From Oscillospiraceae bacterium (GTDB lineage: Bacteria > Bacillota > Clostridia > Oscillospirales > CAG-272), in NCBI GenBank assembly GCA_015064735.1, contig SVRP01000003.1, forward strand, positions 14,248-78,247: a stretch of 64,000 bases of DNA, in the 5' to 3' direction. A program made the position numbers and the translations under genes. Shown here piece after piece: positions 48,814 to 57,208 of the stretch. The notes under the pieces were generated by a model. That model worked only from the letters and a program-made list of their open reading frames with translations, was not told where the DNA came from and did no database searches. The stretch's first letter is position 1. Every line of letters begins with the position of its first letter.

Positions 48814-49092
48814 TTAGTCAGCGTAAACGCTAACCTGCTTCTTGTCCTTGGTCTTCTGCTCAAACTTTACCTTGCCGTCGATGAGAGCAAAGAGAGTATC
48901 ATCCTTACCGATACCAACGTTGTTACCGGGATGGATAGAGGTTCCTCTCTGTCTTACGATGATATTTCCTGCAAGTACAGCCTGTCCGTCAGCCTTCTTT
49001 ACGCCAAGACGCTTGGACTCACTGTCTCTGCCGTTCTTGGTAGAACCAACACCCTTTTTATGAGCAAAGAACTGTAAACTGAGTTTCAACAT
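48814..49092 (-). CDS. rpmA: 50S ribosomal protein L27 with a Prp-cleaved N-terminal extension
   Basis: MLKLSLQFF|[23 protein letters not shown]. The FF-AHKK junction is the classical Prp cleavage site. Confidence 0.95.
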   Translation of the reverse strand: MLKLSLQFFAHKKGVGSTKNGRDSESKRLGVKKADGQAVLAGNIIVRQRGTSIHPGNNVGIGKDDTLFALIDGKVKFEQKTKDKKQVSVYAD

Positions 49093-49150
49093 TTTTCGTT
49101 CCTCCTAAATTTCATGTAATTTTTTGTACGTTGAGTGAGATATTTCAAAA

Positions 49151-49510
49151 TCAAACGTAGTCTATATCCTTGACCTCAACGTCAAGGTAATCGTAATACT
49201 CCTCAAGAAGCTCGTTCAACTGGTAATAGTACGACATAAAGAGTCCCGATACAGCATAACGCTTTCTCTCATCCTCTTCAAACTCGGGCAATGCAGCTTT
49301 AGCTCTTACCATTATATGCGTTGCTCCCTCGTCAACCGTATATTCTACGTCCGACGCATATGCAACCTCAACGGTATTTACTATGAGCATCGTCATCGCC
49401 GAAAGAGCCGCGCATAGCACGTCGTCTCCCGCTTCGCCGTATCCCGTATGTCCCTGCTCCTCGAAGCCGTAGTAGACTCCGCCGCTTCTGAAAAATACGA
49501 TCTTGGTCAT
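49151..49510 (-). CDS. prp: Ribosomal-processing cysteine protease Prp
   Basis: 119 aa with GHTGYGEAGDDVLCAALSAM (His/Cys dyad). It lies between rplU and rpmA. Confidence 0.85.
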   Translation of the reverse strand: MTKIVFFRSGGVYYGFEEQGHTGYGEAGDDVLCAALSAMTMLIVNTVEVAYASDVEYTVDEGATHIMVRAKAALPEFEEDERKRYAVSGLFMSYYYQLNELLEEYYDYLDVEVKDIDYV

Positions 49511-49515
49511 TTTAA

Positions 49516-49827
49516 TCAGCCCTGAATGGACATGATCTGAACCTTGGTGTAAGGCTGTCTGTGACCGATCTTCTTCTTCTCGTTCTTCTTGGACTTGTAC
49601 TTCATTACATAAATCTTCTTGCCCTTGCCGTTTGCAAGAACCTTTGCGGTTACTACCGCGCCTTCGACCGTAGGAGCGCCAACCTTGAACTCACTGCCTA
49701 CCGAAATTGCCTTGACACAGTCAAAATTAACTGTATCTCCCTCGTTAACTTCGAGCTTCTCTACGAATACGATATCGCCCTCGTTAACCTTGTACTGCTT
49801 TCCGCCTGTTTCAATAATTGCGTACAC
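49516..49827 (-). CDS. rplU: 50S ribosomal protein L21
   Basis: Trimmed to the GTG at 49827 (AGAGAGG 8 nt upstream), which gives the canonical (M)[13 protein letters not shown]. Confidence 0.9.
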   Translation of the reverse strand: MYAIIETGGKQYKVNEGDIVFVEKLEVNEGDTVNFDCVKAISVGSEFKVGAPTVEGAVVTAKVLANGKGKKIYVMKYKSKKNEKKKIGHRQPYTKVQIMSIQG

Positions 49828-49907
49828 GAAAAGCACCTCTCTTTCTTTTATAGACTCGCTAAATCGGGCGGCGATTGCCGCACTTAAAAGAGCCCGACAT
49901 TAAGCGG
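49828..49907 (-). promoter_or_regulatory. Structured rplU 5' leader (possible L21-leader-type attenuator)
   Basis: In the roughly 80-nt leader, GCGGC can pair either with the upstream GCCGC-TTAA (GCCGCTTAA...TTAAGtGCGGC) or with the downstream GCCGC, which is followed by CCGATTT. Family membership was not checked. Confidence 0.3.
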
Positions 49908-49913
49908 CAGTAT

Positions 49914-49943
49914 ATTATACCACAACGCAATTCTCTTTGTCAA
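49914..49943 (-). promoter_or_regulatory. Promoter of rplU-prp-rpmA
   Basis: Minus strand: TTGACA (49943-49938), an 18-nt spacer, then TATAAT (49919-49914). Confidence 0.55.
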
Positions 49944-50093
49944 TAGCTTTTGCTAAAATTTTTATTTTTCATTTATTATATTCCTATGCTAATTATTTGT
50001 TAACAAAATCTTGCAAAAAAATTCATAATTCTGTAGTATAATATTATGAATATTTTTATTCACCCGCAAGGTGAATCGGAGGGTATTTTAAAA

Positions 50094-51398
50094 ATGATTC
50101 TAAACAAGGTATCGGTATCCGACGGAATAGATCTGTCGATCCTTAAAACCGATAAGTTCAAATCGGGGATTTTTACGTTTAGGGTATCTGTTCCCTACAC
50201 AGCCAAAAATGCGGTTCTTGCCAATCTTCTGTCGGGCGTCCTCAAAAGAGGCACAAGATCCTATCCGGACCTTGCATCTCTGTCCCGCAGGCTGGACGAG
50301 CTTTACGCTTCTTCCGCGGACGTTCGCTGCTCAAGGCTTGGCAAAAATCTGATACTTACGGTGGTCTCCGATATTATTGATCCAAAATACGTTCACGACG
50401 GCACAGACCTTCTCGGCGGTGTTCTCGAGATAGTCGGAGAAACGCTTTCCTGTCCCTATCTTGAAAACGGTTATTTCCCTTCAAAAACCTTCGAGCAGGA
50501 AAAGCGCTTTTTGAGAGACAGCATAGACGCGTCCGTAAATCACACAAGAACATACGCGGGAATACGTCTTGCTGAGCTTATGTTTGCTTCTGATCCCGAA
50601 TTCTCTACCATAGAGCAGATCAAGGAGATCCTCGAATCAATAGATAACAAAGCCCTCACCGAATTCTTTAACGAGTTCGTAAAGCATGCTCCTATCAGTG
50701 TATTCTACGTTGGCTCTCTTGACAAAGACCTTATCAAGGAAAAGCTTTACCTGCAATTCAAGGACAGAAATTTTATTTCCCCGCTCCAAATACATATGCC
50801 CGAGCCCGAGCCTGTTCTTGAGCTCCGCTCAAAATCCGAGCATATGCTCGTCTCTCAAGGAAAGCTTGCCCTGGGATTCAAAACCTCCTCGGTTGTTTCA
50901 AACAACAGCGACGAGCATTATTCCTTTATACTCATGAATGAAATATTCGGCGGCTCTCCCGCATCCAAGCTTTTTATGAACGTGCGTGAAAAAATGAGCC
51001 TGTGCTATTACTGCTCGTCAAGCTTCAATCAGTTTTCGGGAACGCTGACGGTCTCAAGCGGTATTGACAGCACAAACAGAAAAAAAGCGCAAAAGGCTAT
51101 TCTTGCCGAGCTTGATAATATCCGCAAGGGTATTATTTCAGACGTTGAGATTAACGCCGCAAAATCCTCTCTTGAAAACAGCTACCGCCAGGTGTATGAC
51201 AATCCTTACGATCTTCAGGCATCTTACGGGAACAGGACCTTCTTCGGTCTTAACGATTCGGTCGAAATAGCCCTTACGAAGATTTTAAGCGTTACCAAGG
51301 AGCAGATAGCCGAGGCTGCAAGAAAGGCAGTTCTCGATTCTGTCTTCTTCATTGAAGGAAGCTCCGAAGGCGCAGAGGAGGATTGCTATGACGAATAA
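50094..51398 (+). CDS. M16-family peptidase-like protein, non-catalytic subunit
   Basis: Trimmed to the ATG at 50094 (GGAGG RBS). It has insulinase-like size and layout but no HxxEH, and is paired with the next gene. Confidence 0.7.
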   Translation: MILNKVSVSDGIDLSILKTDKFKSGIFTFRVSVPYTAKNAVLANLLSGVLKRGTRSYPDLASLSRRLDELYASSADVRCSRLGKNLILTVVSDIIDPKYVHDGTDLLGGVLEIVGETLSCPYLENGYFPSKTFEQEKRFLRDSIDASVNHTRTYAGIRLAELMFASDPEFSTIEQIKEILESIDNKALTEFFNEFVKHAPISVFYVGSLDKDLIKEKLYLQFKDRNFISPLQIHMPEPEPVLELRSKSEHMLVSQGKLALGFKTSSVVSNNSDEHYSFILMNEIFGGSPASKLFMNVREKMSLCYYCSSSFNQFSGTLTVSSGIDSTNRKKAQKAILAELDNIRKGIISDVEINAAKSSLENSYRQVYDNPYDLQASYGNRTFFGLNDSVEIALTKILSVTKEQIAEAARKAVLDSVFFIEGSSEGAEEDCYDE

Positions 51399-52698
51399 TC
51401 TCACTCCAATCAGATACACCAACAATACCCTCGGTGAGTGTTACAGCAAATACACTCATCCCTCCGGATTGGATATTTATATTTTCAAAAAGAAAATGTC
51501 CTCGTCCTATGCTATTTTCGGCACAAAATACGGCTCGGTACACAACATTTTCAAGCCCGACGGCTCGGACGAGTTTATTTCCGTTCCCGACGGAATCGCT
51601 CATTTTCTTGAGCACAAGCTTTTCGCCGCGGAGGACGGAAGCGACGCCTTTGAGCGTTTTTCCGAGTACGGAGCAGACGCAAACGCGTACACGTCCTTCA
51701 ACAAGACCTGCTACCTCTTTAGCTGTACGAAAAATTTCGAAAAATCTCTACGTGAGCTTCTTACCTTTGTAACGCATCCTCACTTTACCGACGAAAACGT
51801 AGCCTCCGAGCAGGGTATAATCGGTGAGGAAATAAGCATGTACGACGATTCCCCTTACGACAGGTGCTTCTACGGTATGCTTGAGGGACTGTATCACTAT
51901 CACAGTATACGCAGAAATATTTGCGGAAGCCGTGAGAGTATTTCAAAGATCACGCCTTCTCTGCTTTATTCATGCTATGATGCTTTTTACAGACTTTCCA
52001 ATATGGTTCTCGTTATCTGCGGAGATGTAGACGAGAAAAGCTGTCTGGATATTGCTGACGAATGCCTTGGAAATATTACGGATTCAAGAAATCCGGTAAC
52101 AGCTAAAAGCTGTAAAAAGAATGAACCCTCCTCGGTCTGCAAAAGCTACGTTGAGCAGCACATGCAGGTAGCCAAGCCCATTTTCAAGATCGGATTCAAG
52201 GACACCGATATTCCCGGAGATCCCGTTGCAAGACAGCGCAAAGATATTTCGATGGCAATACTCAACGATATGATCTTTTCGGACTCGGGAAGGCTTTACA
52301 ATATCCTCGTGGACGGAGATATGATCTCCCCGAATCTTGCCACGGACTACACGGTATCCGATGACTTTGCATTTATGTCTGTTTCGGGTGAAGCGGATGA
52401 CCCAAGGGCTGTTCTTACAAGGATTACGGAATTCATAGATACATTAAAAGACAGCGGACTTTGCAAAGACGATTTTTTGCGTTGCAAAAGAGTTATTTAT
52501 GCAGACGCCATCAGATCCTTTGACTCCACCGACCTTATAGCAAACAATCTTTTTGAATTCGTTTGCGACGGCAATGAGCTTTTGTCCTACACGGACATTA
52601 TAGAAAGCATTACCTTTGAGGAAATATGCGAGCTTTTCCAAAAATCATTCGACACTGATAGCATTACTCTTTCGGTAGTGCTTCCCGTAGAAAAATAA
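51388..52698 (+). CDS. M16-family zinc peptidase, catalytic subunit
   Basis: Trimmed to the ATG at 51388 (GAGGAGG RBS). GIAHFLEHKLF is the inverted zinc motif HxxEH. It overlaps the upstream gene by 11 nt. Confidence 0.8.
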   Translation: MTNNLTPIRYTNNTLGECYSKYTHPSGLDIYIFKKKMSSSYAIFGTKYGSVHNIFKPDGSDEFISVPDGIAHFLEHKLFAAEDGSDAFERFSEYGADANAYTSFNKTCYLFSCTKNFEKSLRELLTFVTHPHFTDENVASEQGIIGEEISMYDDSPYDRCFYGMLEGLYHYHSIRRNICGSRESISKITPSLLYSCYDAFYRLSNMVLVICGDVDEKSCLDIADECLGNITDSRNPVTAKSCKKNEPSSVCKSYVEQHMQVAKPIFKIGFKDTDIPGDPVARQRKDISMAILNDMIFSDSGRLYNILVDGDMISPNLATDYTVSDDFAFMSVSGEADDPRAVLTRITEFIDTLKDSGLCKDDFLRCKRVIYADAIRSFDSTDLIANNLFEFVCDGNELLSYTDIIESITFEEICELFQKSFDTDSITLSVVLPVEK

Positions 52699-52718
52699 AT
52701 AAAATTATAGGAGTTGCT

Positions 52719-53840
52719 ATGTTTGACAAAATTAAAATAGCCTTCCCCGGTTTGGGAATCGGCAGATTTGAGGTTGACTCCACTGCCTTTAAGATATTCG
52801 GTTTTGAAATACAGTGGTACGGGGTGATAATCACTCTCGGTATTATCCTCGCTGTTATTTACTGCTCCTTCAGAGCAAAGCAGGAGGGGATAATCTTTGA
52901 TCACGTTCTGGATATTACCATCTTTACGGTAATCTTCGGCGTAATCGGCGCGCGTCTCGGATACGTGCTTTTCTCTCTTGACGATTTCCACAGCTTTGCT
53001 GACGTTATCAACATTCGCGGTGGCGGATTACAGATATACGGCGGTATAGTTGCGGGAGCGATCACAATTATTCTCGTTTGTAAGTACAAAAAGATAAAGC
53101 CCCTAAAAATGCTCGATGCAACCGCTCCTGCCGTCATGATCGGACAGTTTGTGGGAAGATGGGGCAACTTTATGAACGGTGAGGCACACGGAGGTATCGT
53201 TAAGGAGGGCAGCCCTCTTTACTTCCTTCGCATGGAGCTTGAGCCCTACTACATGAACGGCAGACTCGTATATGACACTGCGGCAGTTCACCCCACGTTC
53301 CTATATGAATCTCTTTGGAACGTTCTCGGATTTGTTCTTATCAACATACTTTACAAAAAGAAGAAATTTGACGGACAGATTCTTCTCATGTATATTTCCT
53401 GGTACGGATTCGGAAGAATGTTTATTGAAATGCTCCGCACCGATTCTCTCTATCTCGGAAACACGGGCATACGCATTTCCTGTCTTATAGGATTCCTTTG
53501 CTTCGCGGCAGGCACTACTCTTCTTACCGTTTTCCTAATAAGGGAGCGCAAGAAGGCAGAGCTTACCGATGAGGATTACGTTCCCGCATATCCCAGGCTT
53601 TCGGGCATGAACGCATCGGCTGATGCATCGGCTGATGCATCGGCAAACGAAACCGCTGAATCTGTTTCTTCGGAAGAATCTCATAGCCATGAGCAAGGTC
53701 TTGAGGACAAAGCAGAGCAATCGGTTGAGGAAAGCACTGAGGAAATGACCGCCGAGGCTCAGGTCGGTACCGATGAAAACAAAGATGAAATCGAGCAAAA
53801 ATTCAAGAATATTTTCAATAATGACGAAAAATCAGAGTAA
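52719..53840 (+). CDS. lgt: Prolipoprotein diacylglyceryl transferase with a roughly 100-aa acidic C-terminal tail
   Basis: GRWGNFMNGEAHG and the other Lgt motifs. The tail is DEDYVPAYPRLSGMNASADASADASANETAES...EESTEEMTAE... Confidence 0.85.
   Translation: MFDKIKIAFPGLGIGRFEVDSTAFKIFGFEIQWYGVIITLGIILAVIYCSFRAKQEGIIFDHVLDITIFTVIFGVIGARLGYVLFSLDDFHSFADVINIRGGGLQIYGGIVAGAITIILVCKYKKIKPLKMLDATAPAVMIGQFVGRWGNFMNGEAHGGIVKEGSPLYFLRMELEPYYMNGRLVYDTAAVHPTFLYESLWNVLGFVLINILYKKKKFDGQILLMYISWYGFGRMFIEMLRTDSLYLGNTGIRISCLIGFLCFAAGTTLLTVFLIRERKKAELTDEDYVPAYPRLSGMNASADASADASANETAESVSSEESHSHEQGLEDKAEQSVEESTEEMTAEAQVGTDENKDEIEQKFKNIFNNDEKSE
53613..53644 (+). repeat. In-frame 12-nt tandem repeat (GCATCGGCTGAT x 2.7) in the lgt tail
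   Basis: Read directly from the sequence; it encodes ASADASADASA. Confidence 0.8.
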
Positions 53841-53860
53841 TATCCAAAGGAGATAACAAA

Positions 53861-54709
53861 ATGGCAAACATAATTGACGGAAAAGCAATATCTGCCGCTA
53901 TTCGCGCGGAAATCAAGGAATCTACCGAGGCTTTCGCCAAGGAGTACGGATTCCGACCCGGTCTTGCGGTTATAATTGTAGGCGAGGATCCCGCTTCGCA
54001 GGTATACGTTCGCAATAAGAGAAGAGCCTGCGAGGAGGTAGGATTTTATTCCGAAGCATACGAGCTCCCCGCAGAGACTACGCAAGAAGAGCTTAACGCG
54101 CTTGTTGATAAGCTCAACGCAAGCGACAAAATACACGGAATTCTCTGTCAGCTCCCCCTCCCCAAGCATCTTGACGAAAACGAGGTCATTATGCGAATTG
54201 ATCCCAAAAAGGACGTTGACGCTTTCCACCCCACAAACGTAGGAAAGATCATGATAGGCGACTACTCCTTCCTTCCCTGTACTCCCGCGGGAGTTATGGC
54301 TCTGCTTGAGCGCAGCGGAATCGAAATTTCGGGCAAGGAGTGTGTTGTGGTCGGTCGTTCAAATATAGTGGGAAAGCCTCAGGCAATGCTTTTGCTCCAC
54401 TCTCACGGAACCGTAACCGTCTGCCATAGCCGTACAAAGAATCTCGCCGAGGTCTGCCGCCGTGCCGACATTCTCGTTGCGGCAATCGGTAAGGCTGATT
54501 TCTTTACCGCAGACATGATCAAGGAAGGCGCGGTCGTTATCGACGTGGGAATGAACAGACGCGCTGACGGAAAGCTTACCGGAGACGTTGATTTTGAGTC
54601 GGTTGCTCCCAAGGCATCCTATATCACCCCCGTTCCCGGCGGTGTAGGTCCCATGACCATTACAATGCTTATGCAGAACACGCTTACTGCGGCAAAGCAG
54701 TCGGTTTGA
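53861..54709 (+). CDS. folD: Bifunctional methylenetetrahydrofolate dehydrogenase/cyclohydrolase
   Basis: MANIIDGKAISAAIRAEIKE...LAVIIVGEDPASQVYVRNK...PGGVGPMT. Confidence 0.95.
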   Translation: MANIIDGKAISAAIRAEIKESTEAFAKEYGFRPGLAVIIVGEDPASQVYVRNKRRACEEVGFYSEAYELPAETTQEELNALVDKLNASDKIHGILCQLPLPKHLDENEVIMRIDPKKDVDAFHPTNVGKIMIGDYSFLPCTPAGVMALLERSGIEISGKECVVVGRSNIVGKPQAMLLLHSHGTVTVCHSRTKNLAEVCRRADILVAAIGKADFFTADMIKEGAVVIDVGMNRRADGKLTGDVDFESVAPKASYITPVPGGVGPMTITMLMQNTLTAAKQSV

Positions 54710-54785
54710 TAATGAGTTAAAGCCAAACGCTTTGCAAGATATTCTCTCCATATAGTAAATTTTGCCCTGCGCAAAAAAGATAAAA

Positions 54786-54817
54786 GGAGTGCGAACGTTT
54801 TGTTCGTACTCCTTTTT
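54786..54817 (+). terminator. Terminator of lgt-folD
   Basis: 11-bp stem GGAGTGCGAAC / GTTTT / GTTCGTACTCC followed by TTTTT. Confidence 0.75.
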
Positions 54818-54870
54818 GCATACATTGACTGCATGTATAATCTCACAAGAATATCGGGGGACATAAATTG

Positions 54871-54890
54871 CCTTCTCCAGCGGGAGAAGG
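54871..54890. repeat. Left flanking hairpin of the DUF559 cassette
   Basis: CCTTCTCC AGCG GGAGAAGG. A second small hairpin, CAGGC GAA GCCTG (54894-54906), follows it. Confidence 0.8.
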
Positions 54891-54918
54891 TGGCAGGCGA
54901 AGCCTGACGGAAGAGGTG

Positions 54919-55293
54919 TCATCGCAATGGCTTGAGGGCAGAAAAATCTAACCCAAGTTTTTTCAAAATTTCTTCTGCAACAGCGTTGAAATTATTTCGT
55001 ATACTATCATTGGAATACCGCAGAACAGATATTCCCCAAGATGCTAAATACTCATCTCTTTTCTTATCGGATTCTTGATGTTCGGCTAACAAGTGCTGTC
55101 TTCCGTCCACCTCAATAACGATCTTCTTCTCCGCTATATAAAAATCAACAATATAATTCTCTATATTGTGTTGACGCCTAACATTAAACGGCAATCTTTT
55201 TAAAAAGTCATACCACAAATGTTTTTCTTCGGGTGTCATATTTTTACGCAGCGTTTTTGCGGTTGAAACAAGATTTTTATTGTATGGTATCAT
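54919..55293 (-). CDS. DUF559 (Vsr-like / restriction-endonuclease-fold) domain protein
   Basis: 124 aa. ...LRKNMTPEEKHLWYDFLKRLPFNVRRQHNIENYIVDFYIAEKKIVIEVDGRQH...RDEYLASWGISVLRY is the typical DUF559 sequence. GAGGAG RBS. Confidence 0.8.
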   Translation of the reverse strand: MIPYNKNLVSTAKTLRKNMTPEEKHLWYDFLKRLPFNVRRQHNIENYIVDFYIAEKKIVIEVDGRQHLLAEHQESDKKRDEYLASWGISVLRYSNDSIRNNFNAVAEEILKKLGLDFSALKPLR

Positions 55294-55312
55294 AGTTTCT
55301 CCTCATCCACCG

Positions 55313-55939
55313 CTATCGCGGTCCCCCTTCTCCCGCAGGAGAAGGCTTTTTACCAACCGTAACGTACGCGGATTCCGTTTCAAATAATTCTATAGGCTCA
55401 AGCTTTGCCTTTAACATATAACTGTATATATTTTTAGGATTGTCGGGATATATTTTTATTTTTCTTGTTCCCATATCTATATATTTATTTTGATTTTTGT
55501 CTATTGACAAAACAAAAAGTCCTTCATCATTCAACAATGAGGCAATTTTCTGAATAGCGGACAATTTATTGTTTATATGCATAAATGTCAAAGATGAATA
55601 TATTACGTCGAAACGTTCGGTAAATAAATAGGATGTAAAATCGCCGCAAATAAGTTTAACATTTCGATATAAAGAAAGATTTTTACGAGCTCTGTCAACT
55701 GTTTTGGGAGAAATATCAATTCCTACAAATCCTTGACACTGAGGTGCAACTTTAATTGCAAGACGTCCCGTTCCAACTCCGACCTCTAAAACATATTTTC
55801 TTTTATCAAGCTTCATACTTTCAATAAACTTCTCGCCATCCCATCTATCCATATAATCTCTTAAAAATTCAGGATCGAAAACAGGATCGTTTTCCTCTTC
55901 TACCAGCATATCGTAATGCTCTATTATATCTGTCATCAT
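55313..55939 (-). CDS. Class I SAM-dependent methyltransferase (substrate unknown)
   Basis: VLEVGVGTGRLA is motif I; FDVIYSSLTFMH is also present. 208 aa and very AT-rich. The last 10 codons (PSPAGEGGPR) are encoded by the cassette hairpins. Confidence 0.75.
   Translation of the reverse strand: MMTDIIEHYDMLVEEENDPVFDPEFLRDYMDRWDGEKFIESMKLDKRKYVLEVGVGTGRLAIKVAPQCQGFVGIDISPKTVDRARKNLSLYRNVKLICGDFTSYLFTERFDVIYSSLTFMHINNKLSAIQKIASLLNDEGLFVLSIDKNQNKYIDMGTRKIKIYPDNPKNIYSYMLKAKLEPIELFETESAYVTVGKKPSPAGEGGPR
55326..55345. repeat. Right flanking hairpin of the DUF559 cassette
   Basis: CCTTCTCC CGCA GGAGAAGG, preceded by the small hairpin ACCGC TATC GCGGT (55309-55322). It lies inside the last codons of the methyltransferase ORF. 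Confidence 0.8.
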
Positions 55940-56027
55940 TTTCCTTTTCTATTGCAAGTTTCTCAGTTGTATTGTAATTCCTCTGTTGGCTAAGTCTATA
56001 CTCTTATTATAACTATTATAACACAGA

Positions 56028-56049
56028 AACCCGCAAAAATCTGCGGGTT
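56028..56049 (-). terminator. Stem-loop/terminator after nrdR
   Basis: AACCCGCA / AAAATC / TGCGGGTT. The T-run is cleaner on the plus strand than on the minus strand. Confidence 0.55.
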
Positions 56050-56056
56050 ATCTTTT

Positions 56057-56518
56057 TTATTTCTTTTTTGTGCTTCCCTTTTTCATTAGCTGTTTAAGCT
56101 CTGAAAGGAAGGTTTCGATATCCTTGAACTCTCTGTAGACCGACGCAAATCTTACGTATGCCACTTCGTCCCTTGCCTTTAGGTGCTTCATTACAAGCTC
56201 GCCTATTTCCTCGGTTGTTATCTCATTCACAAGAGAATTCTGTATTTCGTTTTCAATTTCGGCTACTATCTCCTCGGCATTTACGGGACGCTTCTGACAC
56301 GCCTTCAAAAGTCCCGACAGAAGCTTGTTTCTGTCAAACATCTCCTTTGTACCGTCCTTTTTGATTACGATAGTCTGTACCGATTCTATCATCTCAAAGG
56401 TTGTAAATCTTTTTTGGCAGGACAGACATTCGCGACGGCGGCGAATACTGTTACCCTCCTCTACGGGACGGGAATCTATAACCTTACTGTCTGCAAATCC
56501 GCATGCGGGACATTTCAT
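56057..56518 (-). CDS. nrdR: Transcriptional repressor NrdR
   Basis: [42 protein letters not shown] is the Zn ribbon; an ATP-cone follows. Confidence 0.95.
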   Translation of the reverse strand: MKCPACGFADSKVIDSRPVEEGNSIRRRRECLSCQKRFTTFEMIESVQTIVIKKDGTKEMFDRNKLLSGLLKACQKRPVNAEEIVAEIENEIQNSLVNEITTEEIGELVMKHLKARDEVAYVRFASVYREFKDIETFLSELKQLMKKGSTKKK

Positions 56519-56727
56519 TTTATATTACCTTCTGCCTTAGGCAGCCTTTCTTTTATTTAACGGAATAATTGTATCACAAAATCCCCGTCAAGTAAATAGA
56601 TAATTTGAATTTTGTCTTTTATTTTATCCTTTTTTTCTCTTTTCTTCCATAAAGCCACTATTGCTTTGCTCTTTTGAATTTGATATAATTTACGTGAGAA
56701 TTACTATCTTCTTCCGAGGTTATACAC

Positions 56728-56967
56728 ATGAAAAAAATCCCTTGCAAAATATCCTTTTGTTTACTTTTGTTCGGAATCTTTACTGTGCTGTGTCAGCTTG
56801 TAATGATTCTTCTGCATATAGACTTTGTTCATCCCACCGCTTCGCCGTCCGTGCTTTTACATACGTATGCCAATTTTATTCAGTTCCCCTTAGCATCTCT
56901 GGCACTGACCGTGGGAGGGGCGCTGCTTATAGATTACGTTTTGCTGCGAATTTCAGATACCGAATAA
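56728..56967 (+). CDS. Small hypothetical membrane protein (79 aa, 2 TM)
   Basis: GAGG lies 9 nt upstream. Two hydrophobic segments, no recognised family. Confidence 0.35.
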   Translation: MKKIPCKISFCLLLFGIFTVLCQLVMILLHIDFVHPTASPSVLLHTYANFIQFPLASLALTVGGALLIDYVLLRISDTE

Positions 56968-57006
56968 ATCAACATTTTATTATTTTTATTATTTTGGAAA
57001 AAGTTC

Positions 57007-57035
57007 TTGACTTTTGATATTTTTGGTGATATAAT
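57007..57035 (+). promoter_or_regulatory. Promoter of tRNA-Leu
   Basis: TTGACT (57007-57012), a 17-nt spacer, then TATAAT (57030-57035) with an extended -10 TG (57027-57028). Confidence 0.65.
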
Positions 57036-57047
57036 ATCATCTGTTAC

Positions 57048-57134
57048 GCCGGTGTGATGGAATTGGCAGACGTGCTGGACTCAAAATCCAGTGGTAGCGA
57101 TACCGTATCGGTTCGACCCCGATCACCGGCACCA
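57048..57134 (+). tRNA. tRNA-Leu (anticodon CAA)
   Basis: The acceptor stem is GCCGGTG/CACCGGC, the anticodon stem CTGGA/TCCAG has loop CTCAAAA, there is a long variable arm, the T-loop is TTCGACC, and CCA is encoded. 87 nt. Confidence 0.9.
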
Positions 57135-57135
57135 A

Positions 57136-57169
57136 AAAAGACAAGTTTCGATTGAAACTTGTCTTTTTT
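57136..57169. terminator. Bidirectional terminator (tRNA-Leu / MFS gene)
   Basis: AGACAAGTTTC / GATT / GAAACTTGTCT, with an A-run before and TTTTT after. Confidence 0.75.
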
Positions 57170-57174
57170 ACTTT

Positions 57175-57201
57175 TTCACTATTCACTCTTCACTATTCAC
57201 T
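57175..57201. repeat. Four tandem heptads TTCACT(N)
   Basis: TTCACTA TTCACTC TTCACTA TTCACT, which can also be read as two 13-mers spaced by 1 nt. It lies between the terminator and the MFS stop codon. Confidence 0.7.
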
Positions 57202-57208
57202 TTATATT

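Noticed and set aside
54359-54922. A 187-aa minus-strand ORF starting MTPLPSGFACHLLPLEKA.
   Set aside because: It starts inside the DUF559-cassette hairpins and then runs antisense through folD. It is an artefact of the palindromic repeat.
54919-55939. DUF559 plus the adjacent methyltransferase as a Vsr/Dcm-like or restriction-modification pair.
   Set aside because: The 208-aa methyltransferase has only generic class I SAM motifs. It lacks the DNA cytosine (PCQ/ENV) and N6-adenine (DPPY/NPPY) motifs, and it is too small for a DNA methyltransferase.
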